Translations under genes and position numbers: made by a program
Notes under the pieces: model-generated
Database searches by the model: none
What the model was told of the DNA's origin: nothing
What the model saw: only the letters and a program-made list of their open reading frames with translations
Assembly: GCA_964619405.1 (NCBI GenBank)
Contig: CAZUCF010000001.1
Coordinates: forward strand, 33,633-97,632
Direction of reading: 5' to 3'
Source: an uncultured archaeon
GTDB lineage: Archaea > Iainarchaeota > Iainarchaeia > Iainarchaeales > JAAZKV01
DNA: 64,000 bases
Part shown: piece after piece, positions 1-10,460 of the stretch
Layout of the letters: each line of letters begins with the position of its first letter
Position numbering within the stretch: position 1 is the stretch's first letter

Positions 1-1866
1 TTTGGGTGGTTGAATACCCATTTCTTGAAAAGCAAGAGGATTTTTTAAAGGCCATTCAATTGCTTGTTTTAAAGTTTCTTTTATATCATCTAACGCACCA
101 ATATTATCCCATTTAACATTTGGTATTTCTATTGCTATTTCTCTTAGTGCTGAAGGCTGAACATCCTTTAACCCCTCAAAAAAATCTTTTCGAGTTATTT
201 TTAATGATTCAATTATTTCAAAAGGAATTGGTTGACTTTCATCAACTTTTTCTATTTCAGGCAAGTATCTTCGCAATGCTTTCATTGCAGCTTCTTTTGT
301 TAAAGCTTGTAAATCAGCACCAACAAAACCATGCGTCATTTCTGCAAAATAATCTAAATCAAATTCAATTGTTCGCAAAATATTTTTATTGGCCATTATT
401 CTTAACTCATCAATTATTTGTTTTAAAGATAATTTATCAAATTTTTTTTCATAAATTATTTGAATGTCTATTGCATCAATAACTTTTTCAGAACTAATTA
501 TTGAAAAAATATTTTTTTGAATATTAGATAATTCTCCTTTAAAATTTTTAATTGAAATTAAGTCTTTTGCAACCATTTTTTTTATTTCATCATAAAATAA
601 ATTGAAATCAATTTTATTATATAACTCTGAATACTTGTTAAACAAATTATTCAAACTAATATCCAAATTTTCTTCAATCAAATCAAATATTTTTTTTTGT
701 TGAACACTCAACTTTGCTTTCTTTTCTTTAACAAAATAAAATTCTTCTAAAGAATATGTTTTTGCAAGAGGCATTCCCCTTGTATGAATCCCAAGAATTT
801 GTTTTCTTGCTTTTTTATCAGGAATACCAAATTCTATTTCCCTGTCAAATCGCCCTGGCCTTCTTAATGCTTCATCAATAGAATTTACTCTGTTTGTTGC
901 AGCCATTACTATTACTTCTCCTCTTGATGATAAACCATCCATTAGAGACAATAATTGTGCAACAACACGTCTTTCTACTTCCCCAACAGCCTCATCTCTT
1001 TTTGAAGCAATAGCATCAATCTCGTCAATAAAAATTATTGAAGGCGCATTTTCTTCAGCATCCTTAAATATTTTTCTAACTCTTTCCTCTGCTTCCCCAA
1101 CAAATTTCCCCATTACTTCAGGAGCCGAAACAGAAATGAAGTGAACTTGTGCTTCATTCGCAACTGCTTTCGCAAGCAAAGTTTTTCCAGTACCAGGCGG
1201 CCCATGCATCAAAATTCCTTTTGGGGGAACAACACCCAATTTTTGAAATAATTCTGGACGCTTCATTGGTAATTCAACCATTTCCCTAACCTTTCTTACT
1301 TGTTCACTCAAACCACCAATGTCCTCGTAAGCAACTCTTGAAATTCCTTCAAGAGAATCAGTAACGGGCTTTTCTTTTAAAAAAAATTGTGTAGAATCAG
1401 TAACTTTTATTATTGCTCTTGGTTGAGTATCAATAACACGGTAAATAAAACCAGAACCAAAAACACTAACCCAAACATTATCACCAACAGTTAATGGCCT
1501 ACCCAAAAAAGATTTTTTTAATATTCGCTCATAACCAGAAGCAATTATCCTAACCTCTTCAATTGGGGCCAAAACAACCCGCTTAGCTTCTTTTGGCAAA
1601 CCCTTTCTAATTTTTACTCGCTCACCCAAACCAACACCAGCGTTGTGCCTGATAAACGAATCCATTCTAATAATTTCTTTACCATCATCTTCTGCTCTAG
1701 CAGGCCAAACTATCGCAGCAGTCTTTTTTGTTCCCTCAATTTCTATTATGTCACCAGAAGTAATATTCAATGTGTTTTTGGTTTGCTTGTCAAGAGTAAC
1801 AATGTTTCTACCAACGTGAGTTGGGTCAGGATCCTGAACCTGTAAAATAATTTCTTTGGATTCCAT
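1..1866 (-). CDS. cdc48: Cdc48/VCP (VAT) AAA+ ATPase, 3' part runs off the window
   Basis: Manual translation (not in ORF track): [27 protein letters not shown]-domain, YEDIGGL, Walker A GPPGTGKT, Walker [31 protein letters not shown], start of D2 region (VKWDNIGAL...GIQPPK). Confidence 0.96.
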   Translation of the reverse strand, partial: MESKEIILQVQDPDPTHVGRNIVTLDKQTKNTLNITSGDIIEIEGTKKTAAIVWPARAEDDGKEIIRMDSFIRHNAGVGLGERVKIRKGLPKEAKRVVLAPIEEVRIIASGYERILKKSFLGRPLTVGDNVWVSVFGSGFIYRVIDTQPRAIIKVTDSTQFFLKEKPVTDSLEGISRVAYEDIGGLSEQVRKVREMVELPMKRPELFQKLGVVPPKGILMHGPPGTGKTLLAKAVANEAQVHFISVSAPEVMGKFVGEAEERVRKIFKDAEENAPSIIFIDEIDAIASKRDEAVGEVERRVVAQLLSLMDGLSSRGEVIVMAATNRVNSIDEALRRPGRFDREIEFGIPDKKARKQILGIHTRGMPLAKTYSLEEFYFVKEKKAKLSVQQKKIFDLIEENLDISLNNLFNKYSELYNKIDFNLFYDEIKKMVAKDLISIKNFKGELSNIQKNIFSIISSEKVIDAIDIQIIYEKKFDKLSLKQIIDELRIMANKNILRTIEFDLDYFAEMTHGFVGADLQALTKEAAMKALRRYLPEIEKVDESQPIPFEIIESLKITRKDFFEGLKDVQPSALREIAIEIPNVKWDNIGALDDIKETLKQAIEWPLKNPLAFQEMGIQPPK

Positions 1867-2176
1867 AAAAACACTCTCTCAAATAAAGAGCACTTAAAAA
1901 GGATTAAAAATGTAATCAATTATTATAAAAACAAGTAAATATAAGCCACTAAAAAGATTAACACGAACAATTAATTGAATTAATTAAAATACAAAATACT
2001 TTCAATATAATTAATTAATCAAATTAACTAATTTATAAAAAAATAAATCCATAAATAAAAAATTAATCAAATTAACTAAAATACAAATAAAAAATTGTTT
2101 GAATTAATTATTTTACAAATTTTACATTGACTTTTGCATTACTTAAAAATAATTAATAATTTTTTAATTAAATAAA

Positions 2177-2962
2177 TTAAACCAAACCAAATTTTCCATT
2201 AGGTAATAAGGATAATATTTCATCGTTAGAAAAAAACAAATTTTTTTCTTCAAATTTTTTTTGTAATTGTTTAGCAAAAACATTTTTTTCTATTTCACCT
2301 TGTTTTAATTCAATTATATGAACACAATTTTTTTTAACTGCACTTAAAGGGCCAGCCATTAACACATTTTCTTTTTGGTTTAAACCAATAGCAATGCTCA
2401 AAGAAGTTTTTTTGAACCAATTTCTTTCACCATAAATCATGAATGCACCAACAGAAAGACTTGTGCCTGTTGGCGCTCTTTTTGAAACTTGCTCTGGTTT
2501 TACTGAATAAGCATCAGCAGTTGATTGCCCTGATTCAAATGCTCTTGAAAAAGTTACCGCAAACTGTGCTGTTTCAACCATGGTTGTTTCTGGAACAAAA
2601 CGAATTTTATTTGTTTTCTCATCTTTTGTTTTTATTATGCAATGGGGTGCACCAAAAACTTCTGCGTGAAAATAAACATCTTCTTTTTTCATATAATTCT
2701 TCACAATTTCTTCATTCATTTTAGCATTTTTTCCACCAACTATCAAGAAATTGTCACTTGAAATAAACCACCTCAATTTTTCAAACCACTTTTTCTTTCT
2801 TTGAATTGATTCTTTTTTTGGAGAAACTTTTTCCAATTTTTTTTTCTGAAATTCAATGGCTTTGTTTATACCAAGAGCTTTTTTACGCATTAACTTTGCT
2901 TTCTCAAAATACATTGTTGCATTTTCTTCCAATGATTTACTTAAATCAATTTCTATTTCCAT
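2177..2962 (-). CDS. NFACT RNA-binding (DUF814) domain protein; short Rqc2/RqcH-like protein lacking the N-terminal NFACT-N/HhH half
   Basis: EENATMYFEKAK coiled-coil end, WFEKLRWFISSD, GGKNAKMNE, YFHAEVFGAPH, QVSKRAPTG...GAFMIYGERNW. Confidence 0.88.
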   Translation of the reverse strand: MEIEIDLSKSLEENATMYFEKAKLMRKKALGINKAIEFQKKKLEKVSPKKESIQRKKKWFEKLRWFISSDNFLIVGGKNAKMNEEIVKNYMKKEDVYFHAEVFGAPHCIIKTKDEKTNKIRFVPETTMVETAQFAVTFSRAFESGQSTADAYSVKPEQVSKRAPTGTSLSVGAFMIYGERNWFKKTSLSIAIGLNQKENVLMAGPLSAVKKNCVHIIELKQGEIEKNVFAKQLQKKFEEKNLFFSNDEILSLLPNGKFGLV

Positions 2963-3076
2963 AAAAAACACTTATTCAAAACTTAATAACAAGAAAAACA
3001 ATACATAAAAAACAATTTTAAACAAAATAAAAACTAATTATATTTTTTAAAAAATTATTTGTTTAAAAAATTCAAA

Positions 3077-3628
3077 TTAATCCAATGCTGCTTTCTCTCT
3101 AAGTATTTTTACTATTGAATCTGTTCTTGAACCCCTTTTGAAAGTAGGTTCAGTTAAATAAAAGACTTGCCTATCTTTAACAACATCATAATAATTTGGC
3201 AGTTTTTTTACATATCTTTCTTGCAAATTTTTGTGATAAGACTCAACATCCTTATAAAATTGAGAACTCATAACATTAAAATTACCAGAACCCATTATTG
3301 AACCTAAATGATAAACATGCGGATCACTCTCAACAATTTTTAAATAAGCTTCAATTAAATCCGGTTTAGAAAAATCTAGTTGTAGTAATTCAATTGCTTC
3401 CAACTTGTACTCTAATTTCCAAAAAGCTATTTTTGGCCCGTAACCAACAATAACTTTTTCGTTTTGCAAAAAATCAATTGAACTCTTAATTGTAGCTAAA
3501 TGATATTTGGTTTTTGCCTTTATTCTACGCAAATTTGGTTGTGTAGAACCTTTATCCAAAAGTGCTTTAACAATATTCAAACGAATCTCATCATCAACCC
3601 TCATTTTTTGAGCCAAACCAATCACCAA
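3077..3628 (-). CDS. Divergent Lrp/AsnC-family transcriptional regulator
   Basis: N-terminal HTH-like segment, VIVGYGPKIAFWKLEY linker (cf. GVIxGYxAxID..KLG), RAM-like C-domain (DPHVYHLGSIMGSGNFNV); start may be the downstream ATG. Confidence 0.65.
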   Translation of the reverse strand: MVIGLAQKMRVDDEIRLNIVKALLDKGSTQPNLRRIKAKTKYHLATIKSSIDFLQNEKVIVGYGPKIAFWKLEYKLEAIELLQLDFSKPDLIEAYLKIVESDPHVYHLGSIMGSGNFNVMSSQFYKDVESYHKNLQERYVKKLPNYYDVVKDRQVFYLTEPTFKRGSRTDSIVKILREKAALD

Positions 3629-4008
3629 ACACCGAATATAGCCAAAATGACTACTTACTAACTCAAAGTAATATCAAAAGGATTTTAAATGTTATTTTTG
3701 TTACATGAACAAAGTATTAATCCTTATTAATGCGAGAACACTATATTAGAATATTGTAATTGTAGGAGGGGATAACTAAGGGGATTGAAAAAATTTTTGA
3801 GATATTGAATGGGAATTGTGGGCTGGCTCACCAGGCTAACTAATTTTAAGCTCACAGTTTTTATTCAAGGTAAACTAATTTTATTTTAAGAAAAAACTAT
3901 TTAACAATTATTTCTTTCCAGAATTTTTTTGTGGCAATTTATTTTTTGGTTTCAAATTAATTATTAATTATAAAAAATTTCGTTCTTGTTTTTAAAAAGT
4001 ATTCAAAA

Positions 4009-6063
4009 TTATTCTTTGTTTTTTTCAAGTGGTTCTTTTTTCTTAAAATTTTTCCAAGATTCTTTTGTCTTACAAACCATGTTAAGACACATCTTGTATT
4101 CAAATCTACCATTCTTTACTTTTATAACTGGTTCATTACATTCAACACACAATTCATTAGTTGTTGTTATAACACCTTTCTGTGGCAGTGGATAAGAATT
4201 ATTACAATTAGGATAATTAGAACAACCAACAAACCTTTTACCTGTTTTACCTTTTCTTATTACCAAATTTCCTTCCTTGCATTTATTACAAGGACCAATA
4301 ATGTTTGTTGAGTGAATTGCTTTTCTTATATCTAATCGAATATTTTCTTTTTGTTTTTGCAAAGTTTCCAGAATTTGCTTTAATCTGTTTGAAGAATCAC
4401 TAACAACTTCTCTCATATCTTTTTTTCCAGCCGCAATCTCATCCATTTCTTTTTCTAGTTGAGAAGTCATCTCTGGTTTTGTAACAATACTACAATTATT
4501 TTCTAGTGAATCAATAACCGCAAAAGCAATATCACTAGCTTCAATACTTTTATTGCCAATAATGTATTTCCTCGAATAAAGTTTTTGAATTATGTTTGGC
4601 CGCGTTGATTTTGTGCCAAGATTATGCGTTTCCATTAATTTTATTAAAGATGCTTGACTATAATGAGCAGGAGGCTGTGTTTCTTTTGCGAACAAATCAA
4701 TTTTCAAAACATTTATTTTATCATTAACACGCATCAATGGTAAAATAACTTCATTTAATTTACTATAAAAATAAATTGCTTTCCAACCAGGCTCAATAAT
4801 TGTTTGACCACGAGCAACAAATTCCTCATCCTTTCCTTCCATCAAAACCGAGACATTTGAAGTTACAGCATCTTTGTACAAAGTTGCAAGAAACCGCCTA
4901 CAAATCAATTCATAAATCTTCCAATCATCTTTATTCAACGAAGATTTTTTAACTGCTTGAACAGGATAAATTGGGGGATGATCTTTTGTTTCTTTCCCCT
5001 TACTGGGAACAATTTTTTCTTGTGACAAAACTTTTTGAACATCGTCAACAAATTCACTAATAGAAGCAAGCTTGTTAACAATTTCTTTAAGATTTAAAGA
5101 AGCAGGGTACGCTTTATTATCTGTTCTTGGATAAGAAGTAAAACCTCTTTGGTATAATGATTCAGCAATATCCATTGCTTTCCCAGCAGAAAAACCAGTA
5201 TTAGCAGCAGCCCTCAAAAATTCTGTTGTATTAAAAGGAACCGGCCTCTTTAATGTTGTTTGTTTTTCATCAATTTTTTTTACAATTAATTCACTAATAT
5301 TTTTGGAAATAATTTTATCTGCTTTTTCTTTTTCCCAAAATTTTCCTTCCTTGTGAGAAGCAGAAAACTTTTCTCCTTTTTCACATTCAACAATAATCTC
5401 CCAATATTTTTTTGATTGAAAAGCCTTTCTTTCTTTTTCCCTATCCACAATTAACGCTAGTGTAGGTGTTTGTACTCTACCAACACTCAAAAAATTTTTT
5501 CCTAATTGCCCAGAAGCAATCGAAAGAAATCTTGTTAGAACAGCACCCCAAATTAAATCAATTTCTCTTCTTGAATCAGCTGAAAAAGCAAAATTGTAAT
5601 CAAATTTTTCTAAATTAGAAAAAGATTTTTCAATATCTTCTTTTGCTATTGCTGAAAAATAAGCTCTTTCGACCTTAATTTTTTTATTTGATTTTTGAGC
5701 ATATTTAATTGCTTCTAACCCTATTGATTCTCCTTCTCTATCAGCATCTGTTGCAATAATTATTTTTTCGCAATCTAAAGCAGAATCAATTATACAATCA
5801 ATTATCCTAAATTCTTTTTTGGAATAAATTATTGGAGCAGAAATTAATTTTTCTAATGGGACTGCCATCCAATTAGAATAGTCTTTTGGAAACTCAACAT
5901 CACTAATGTGCCCGCGTAATGGAAGCACCCTTGTTTCCTTTCCTTGCCATTCAAAATCAAAAACTTTTGTCCCGAGAACATTTTTTTGAGAAACTTTTCC
6001 ATCAGCAAGCAAAGAAGCAATTCTTTCACCAGCAATGGCTTTTTCTGAAATAATTAGCTGCAT
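4009..6063 (-). CDS. topA: Type IA DNA topoisomerase (archaeal TopA/Topo III) with C-terminal Zn ribbons
   Basis: Toprim IISEK and ATDADREGE, SVGRVQTPTL, catalytic TSYPRTD, C-terminal CxxC zinc ribbons. Confidence 0.97.
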   Translation of the reverse strand: MQLIISEKAIAGERIASLLADGKVSQKNVLGTKVFDFEWQGKETRVLPLRGHISDVEFPKDYSNWMAVPLEKLISAPIIYSKKEFRIIDCIIDSALDCEKIIIATDADREGESIGLEAIKYAQKSNKKIKVERAYFSAIAKEDIEKSFSNLEKFDYNFAFSADSRREIDLIWGAVLTRFLSIASGQLGKNFLSVGRVQTPTLALIVDREKERKAFQSKKYWEIIVECEKGEKFSASHKEGKFWEKEKADKIISKNISELIVKKIDEKQTTLKRPVPFNTTEFLRAAANTGFSAGKAMDIAESLYQRGFTSYPRTDNKAYPASLNLKEIVNKLASISEFVDDVQKVLSQEKIVPSKGKETKDHPPIYPVQAVKKSSLNKDDWKIYELICRRFLATLYKDAVTSNVSVLMEGKDEEFVARGQTIIEPGWKAIYFYSKLNEVILPLMRVNDKINVLKIDLFAKETQPPAHYSQASLIKLMETHNLGTKSTRPNIIQKLYSRKYIIGNKSIEASDIAFAVIDSLENNCSIVTKPEMTSQLEKEMDEIAAGKKDMREVVSDSSNRLKQILETLQKQKENIRLDIRKAIHSTNIIGPCNKCKEGNLVIRKGKTGKRFVGCSNYPNCNNSYPLPQKGVITTTNELCVECNEPVIKVKNGRFEYKMCLNMVCKTKESWKNFKKKEPLEKNKE

Positions 6064-6147
6064 TAAACTGCTTGAGTTAAAAAAGAATTAAAAACACAAC
6101 CCTAAAATTTAAATTTTGAAAAAAGCGATTATTTACTTTTAAAAAAA

Positions 6148-6621
6148 TTATATTTTATTTTGTAATGTTTTGCTTGGCAAGGTTGATGATTTTTTTATTT
6201 CACTTAAAACAACCATTGTTTTCAAATCAATAACACCATCAATCAAACCTAATTGTGAAATAAATTTTTCAGCAGTCTCTAAACTAGGAACAATTATTTT
6301 TGCAATCAAATTATACTCGCCTAAAACTTGGTATAATTCTAAAATGAAATCCATATTACCTAATTTTTTTATTATATCCTTGTTTTTTGATAATTCACTC
6401 CTTATTTGAACAAAAATAGGATTCTCATAACCTAATGACCTATAATTTAAATCAACACTAATACCTGAAATAATATTTCTACGCTTTAAAGACTCAACTC
6501 TTTTTTTAATAGCAACATCAGTTAGTTTTGTTTCTCGTGCTATTGCTGAAAAACTAGCCCTACCATCAGTCAATAAAGCATCAAGAATAATATAATCAAT
6601 TTTATCTAAAACAATACTCAA
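6148..6621 (-). CDS. Lrp/AsnC-family transcriptional regulator
   Basis: LDKIDYIILDALLTDGRASFSAIARETKLT HTH, LGY linker, ELYQVLGEYNLIAKI RAM domain; TTG start assumed. Confidence 0.92.
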   Translation of the reverse strand: MSIVLDKIDYIILDALLTDGRASFSAIARETKLTDVAIKKRVESLKRRNIISGISVDLNYRSLGYENPIFVQIRSELSKNKDIIKKLGNMDFILELYQVLGEYNLIAKIIVPSLETAEKFISQLGLIDGVIDLKTMVVLSEIKKSSTLPSKTLQNKI

Positions 6622-6756
6622 ACTAAAAACCCCCCACAAGTTCAAAAAACAAAAACATCACTTAGAATATTAAACCGAAAACATTTATAAAATTTGTTTT
6701 TCAAATATTTTTTTTGAAAAGGTTAAGATTTAATTGTTTCGAATAACAATTGAAGT

Positions 6757-8319
6757 ATGGAACTAATTGAAGAAAAAATACAAATAATAGCAAAAGAAAT
6801 GCAGGAATCAAATGCATCCCAATGGACTATTACAAAAATAATAAAAGAATTAGCTGAATTGAATGTAAAAAGCGAGTCCAAATTAAGAAAAATTGCTTTA
6901 GAAAGATTAAAAAAAATGGAGCCCGAAGCAGGGCAAACTTATGAAACATTTAGCAAAATGAAGGTTTATACAACAAAAGAAACAATTGAGCATTTTGATA
7001 GAGGCAATATAATAAAATCCTTATTAAAAGAAACAACTATTTCAAGAACAGTTGCTGAAAAAATTACTATGGAAGTTGAAAACCAGATAAAAGATTCAAA
7101 AATAGAATATATAACCACTGCTTTGATACGAGAATTAGTTAATACGAAACTAATAAGTTATGGATTTGAAAAAATAAGAAATGAATATACTAGATTGGGA
7201 GAACCAGTATATGAAATAAAACAAAAAATAAATATTTTTCCATATGCAAACGAACAAACAAGAGAATATAATTTGATGAATGTAATACCAAAAAAAATTA
7301 GAGAAAAACATTTCAAAGGAGAAATATTTTTAGAAGATATAAAAGGATTTTCTACAAGAGCATACGCATATTCATTTATAAGCGAAAAAAAAGATACTAT
7401 TGAAAAAACAATCATTGGTAATATAAAAAATTTAATACAAAATAGACAATATTTTTATTGCCCACCAAATCTTTTCGGATTAACTTTTGTTACCGCGCCA
7501 TTCCTAAAAAAAGATTTCCAAACAAAAAAAGCATCTAAATTAATAAAAGAATTATTAAGCATTCCTGAAAAAGGGTTTGTAAATTCTTTAGAATTTTTTA
7601 CACCAACCATATTCGATGAATTTTCAGAATATAAATTAAAAGCTGTTGAATTATCAAATCTTTTATTAGAACAACAAAATAATATTAATCAAAATAATGT
7701 TATTCAAATTGATTCAAAATATTGTTTGAAATTAATTGAGCAAAAAGAAAAAAGCTTTTTAATACTGAATAATTTAAATGAAGAATATTTTGCTTTAAAC
7801 AATAATCTTTTCTCAACGAGCCAAGGCATTGATTTTTTTGTAAATATTAATTTAGATAAAATTGATTATGATGATGAAGACAGTTTTTTAACAGAATTAG
7901 AAAACTTGCTCGACGAAATAAAAAAGTTAAAAGAAATAAAACAAAAAGAGCTTTGCTCAAAACAATATTTAAAAAATTTTAAAATCAGTGAAATGAAAAC
8001 AGGAATAGGTTTAACAAATCTTTTCACTACTGCAGAAAAAATTACTGACAAAAAAAGCAAAGAATTTACTAATAAAATATATAAGAGTTTTACAAAAGAT
8101 GAAGACTTGCTGCTTTTTGGATTAGCAAGCAAAGAAGCAAAAGAAAGATTTAGTTATGTTTCAGGAAAAGAAATTTTTTCACACGAACCATTGGGTTTTG
8201 AAGAATGCTTGAATTCAAAAAAATGTTGTTTTACAGGAAAAGCAACAACAATAAAAGAATTAAATGAATTAATTGATAAAAAAGTTAAACAAATTTATTT
8301 TCAAGGAGAATTAAAATAA
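6757..8319 (+). CDS. ATP-cone-containing, apparently inactivated class III ribonucleotide reductase (NrdD) homolog
   Basis: ATP cone FDRGNIIKSLLKET...LIRELVNTKLISYG...YTRLG; KHFKGEIFLEDI resembles AHxxGDIHIHDL; no RPxC, MGC or glycyl-radical RITGY motif. Confidence 0.75.
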   Translation: MELIEEKIQIIAKEMQESNASQWTITKIIKELAELNVKSESKLRKIALERLKKMEPEAGQTYETFSKMKVYTTKETIEHFDRGNIIKSLLKETTISRTVAEKITMEVENQIKDSKIEYITTALIRELVNTKLISYGFEKIRNEYTRLGEPVYEIKQKINIFPYANEQTREYNLMNVIPKKIREKHFKGEIFLEDIKGFSTRAYAYSFISEKKDTIEKTIIGNIKNLIQNRQYFYCPPNLFGLTFVTAPFLKKDFQTKKASKLIKELLSIPEKGFVNSLEFFTPTIFDEFSEYKLKAVELSNLLLEQQNNINQNNVIQIDSKYCLKLIEQKEKSFLILNNLNEEYFALNNNLFSTSQGIDFFVNINLDKIDYDDEDSFLTELENLLDEIKKLKEIKQKELCSKQYLKNFKISEMKTGIGLTNLFTTAEKITDKKSKEFTNKIYKSFTKDEDLLLFGLASKEAKERFSYVSGKEIFSHEPLGFEECLNSKKCCFTGKATTIKELNELIDKKVKQIYFQGELK

Positions 8320-8326
8320 ATAATAA

Positions 8327-9133
8327 TTAGATTTTACCTTCTTTTGATTTTTCTCTCAAACGAGTAGCATTTATTTTAATAACTTTTTTTGGTTTCATTT
8401 GAGCACTAAGAACTTCTGATTGCTTAATCAAATTAGCTCTTAACATAAAAGAATAAGATTTTAATTGTTCAATGAAAGGAACAAGAAAAATTAAAACAAA
8501 AAAGAAAGAAATAATTGTACCTGGCAACAAAAAAAATTCAAACAAAAATTCAATTAATATTATTAAAAAAATAAAAACTGTACCAATAAAAATAATCGTT
8601 AAACCAATAACAAAATTGTTTCTCCAAAAAGAAATGCTTTCAAAAATAGATGAAATAATTGAAGCTTCATCTAAAACAATGCTTTGTGGAACATACATTA
8701 ACAAAGAAGAAAGTATTAAAGCTATTAAAGCCATTAAAAGTACCATATTGAAATATAAGCCAAGCAACAATAAAATATAAATAATAAGTGAAAGAAAAAA
8801 ATAAAACACAAATATTTGAACTGAAGCTTTTTTCAAAAGAATATTCCAATAAATATCAAAACTAACTTTTTGAACATCTCTCTTGGTTGAATAAACTGTT
8901 AGAGAAACAAAAAAAGACAAAAAATATAAAAATATTAGACCTAATAATAAACTAAAAATAGTTAAAATTGATTCATTATAAATTAAATGAACTGTTCCCG
9001 AAACAAAAAAAAACTGTTTAAAAAAAAGAAATAATATAATAAAAATAAACAAGACACCGTAACTAAACATTACTTTTAGATTATTACGATATTCTTCAAT
9101 AGATTTACTTAAAATCAATCTAATCATACACAC
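8327..9133 (-). CDS. Hypothetical multi-pass membrane protein
   Basis: About 6 hydrophobic segments, basic C-terminal tail. Confidence 0.7.
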   Translation of the reverse strand: MCMIRLILSKSIEEYRNNLKVMFSYGVLFIFIILFLFFKQFFFVSGTVHLIYNESILTIFSLLLGLIFLYFLSFFVSLTVYSTKRDVQKVSFDIYWNILLKKASVQIFVFYFFLSLIIYILLLLGLYFNMVLLMALIALILSSLLMYVPQSIVLDEASIISSIFESISFWRNNFVIGLTIIFIGTVFIFLIILIEFLFEFFLLPGTIISFFFVLIFLVPFIEQLKSYSFMLRANLIKQSEVLSAQMKPKKVIKINATRLREKSKEGKI

Positions 9134-9161
9134 ATTTAAATAAAAAAGGTTTAAAAAAAGG

Positions 9162-10409
9162 TTATCTTTGGTTTTTCAAAATTTTCCCTTTAAAAAAATT
9201 GGGAAAAGAATCTGTTATTAAAACTCTTGCGAACTTACCAAAATCTTTTTTAACTAAAACTGGAGAATAATTATCAGTTCTTGCAACAAAACCATTTCTT
9301 TTAGCAATATCAGAAACTAATACATCAAATTCTTTACCAACAAGTTTTTTATTTTCTTCAGCAAAAATTTTTTGAACTGTTTCAGTTAGAATTTTGCTCC
9401 TAAATTTTTTTTCTTCTTCTGATAATTGTAAAGGCATTTTAAAAGCAATTGTTCCAAATCTTTTCCCAAACCTTGAAATGTTCACAGTATTAGGTTTTAT
9501 TTTTTTAATTAAATTTAATGTTTCATCAAAATCTTTTTTGTTTTCACCAGGAAAACCAACAATAATATCAGTTGAAATTCGCATATTGTGTATTTTTCTT
9601 GAATATTTTACAGCATCAACAAAATCTTTTACTAAATATTGCCTATTCATTTTCTTTAAAATTTTATTAGAACCACTTTGAACAGGCAAATGCAAAAACT
9701 TGTATAACCTTTTATCATTAAATAATGGAATAAGATCTTTTCTTATTTTTTTAAAATGCCTTGGATTCATCATCCCCAACCTAATTCTAAAATCGCCTTT
9801 GTTTTTCAATAATTCTTTTAACAAATCTGGCAAAGTAACACCAATATCAAAACCATAACAACCCAAATCTTGTGAAGTAATCCAAATTTCTTTTGATGAT
9901 TTCAACGCTTTTTTGAAAGAAGAATTTATTTCTTTAATAGAATATGATTTTAACGCGCCCCTCGCAATTCTAGTAGCACAATAAGCACAATTACCAACAC
10001 AACCAATACTAATAGGAATAATTGATATTAACTTGTGCGATTTTTCAGGAATAATTTTTGGAGAAAAAGATTCTTGCTTCAAGTTTAATGCTTTTGAAAT
10101 AGATTCTAACTTAGTATCAAGGACAATTAGTTCTTTAGAAATTTTTTTTATTTGAGAATTATTTGTTTTTGCCAAGCAACCACAAACAATAATTTTTGAA
10201 GCACTTTTTTTATTTTCCAAGAAAAAATTTATTCTTGAAAACATTCTTTGCTCAGTAACCATTTTAACAGAACAAGTGTTAATAATAATAAAATCCGCAT
10301 TTTTAATATTTTTTGTTTCAACAAAATTATTTTTTTTTAAAAAACCAGCTATTTGCTCGGTTTCACTCATATTCAAAGAACAGCCATACCCCTCAATAAA
10401 ATATTTCAT
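9162..10409 (-). CDS. tRNA methylthiotransferase (MtaB/e-MtaB, MiaB-like radical SAM)
   Basis: UPF0004 YGCSLN and NTCSVK, radical SAM GCVGNCAYC, FLHLPVQSGSN, TDIIVGFPGE, C-terminal TRAM-like domain. Confidence 0.93.
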   Translation of the reverse strand: MKYFIEGYGCSLNMSETEQIAGFLKKNNFVETKNIKNADFIIINTCSVKMVTEQRMFSRINFFLENKKSASKIIVCGCLAKTNNSQIKKISKELIVLDTKLESISKALNLKQESFSPKIIPEKSHKLISIIPISIGCVGNCAYCATRIARGALKSYSIKEINSSFKKALKSSKEIWITSQDLGCYGFDIGVTLPDLLKELLKNKGDFRIRLGMMNPRHFKKIRKDLIPLFNDKRLYKFLHLPVQSGSNKILKKMNRQYLVKDFVDAVKYSRKIHNMRISTDIIVGFPGENKKDFDETLNLIKKIKPNTVNISRFGKRFGTIAFKMPLQLSEEEKKFRSKILTETVQKIFAEENKKLVGKEFDVLVSDIAKRNGFVARTDNYSPVLVKKDFGKFARVLITDSFPNFFKGKILKNQR

Positions 10410-10460
10410 ATAAAATTGGACTATAAAAAATAAATATAAATTAACGCTTTTAACAAAAAA

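Noticed and set aside
361..762. Cdc48 insertion as an intein
   Set aside because: No C/S/A start, TxxH or terminal (H)N-C/S/T; looks helical rather than Hint-like
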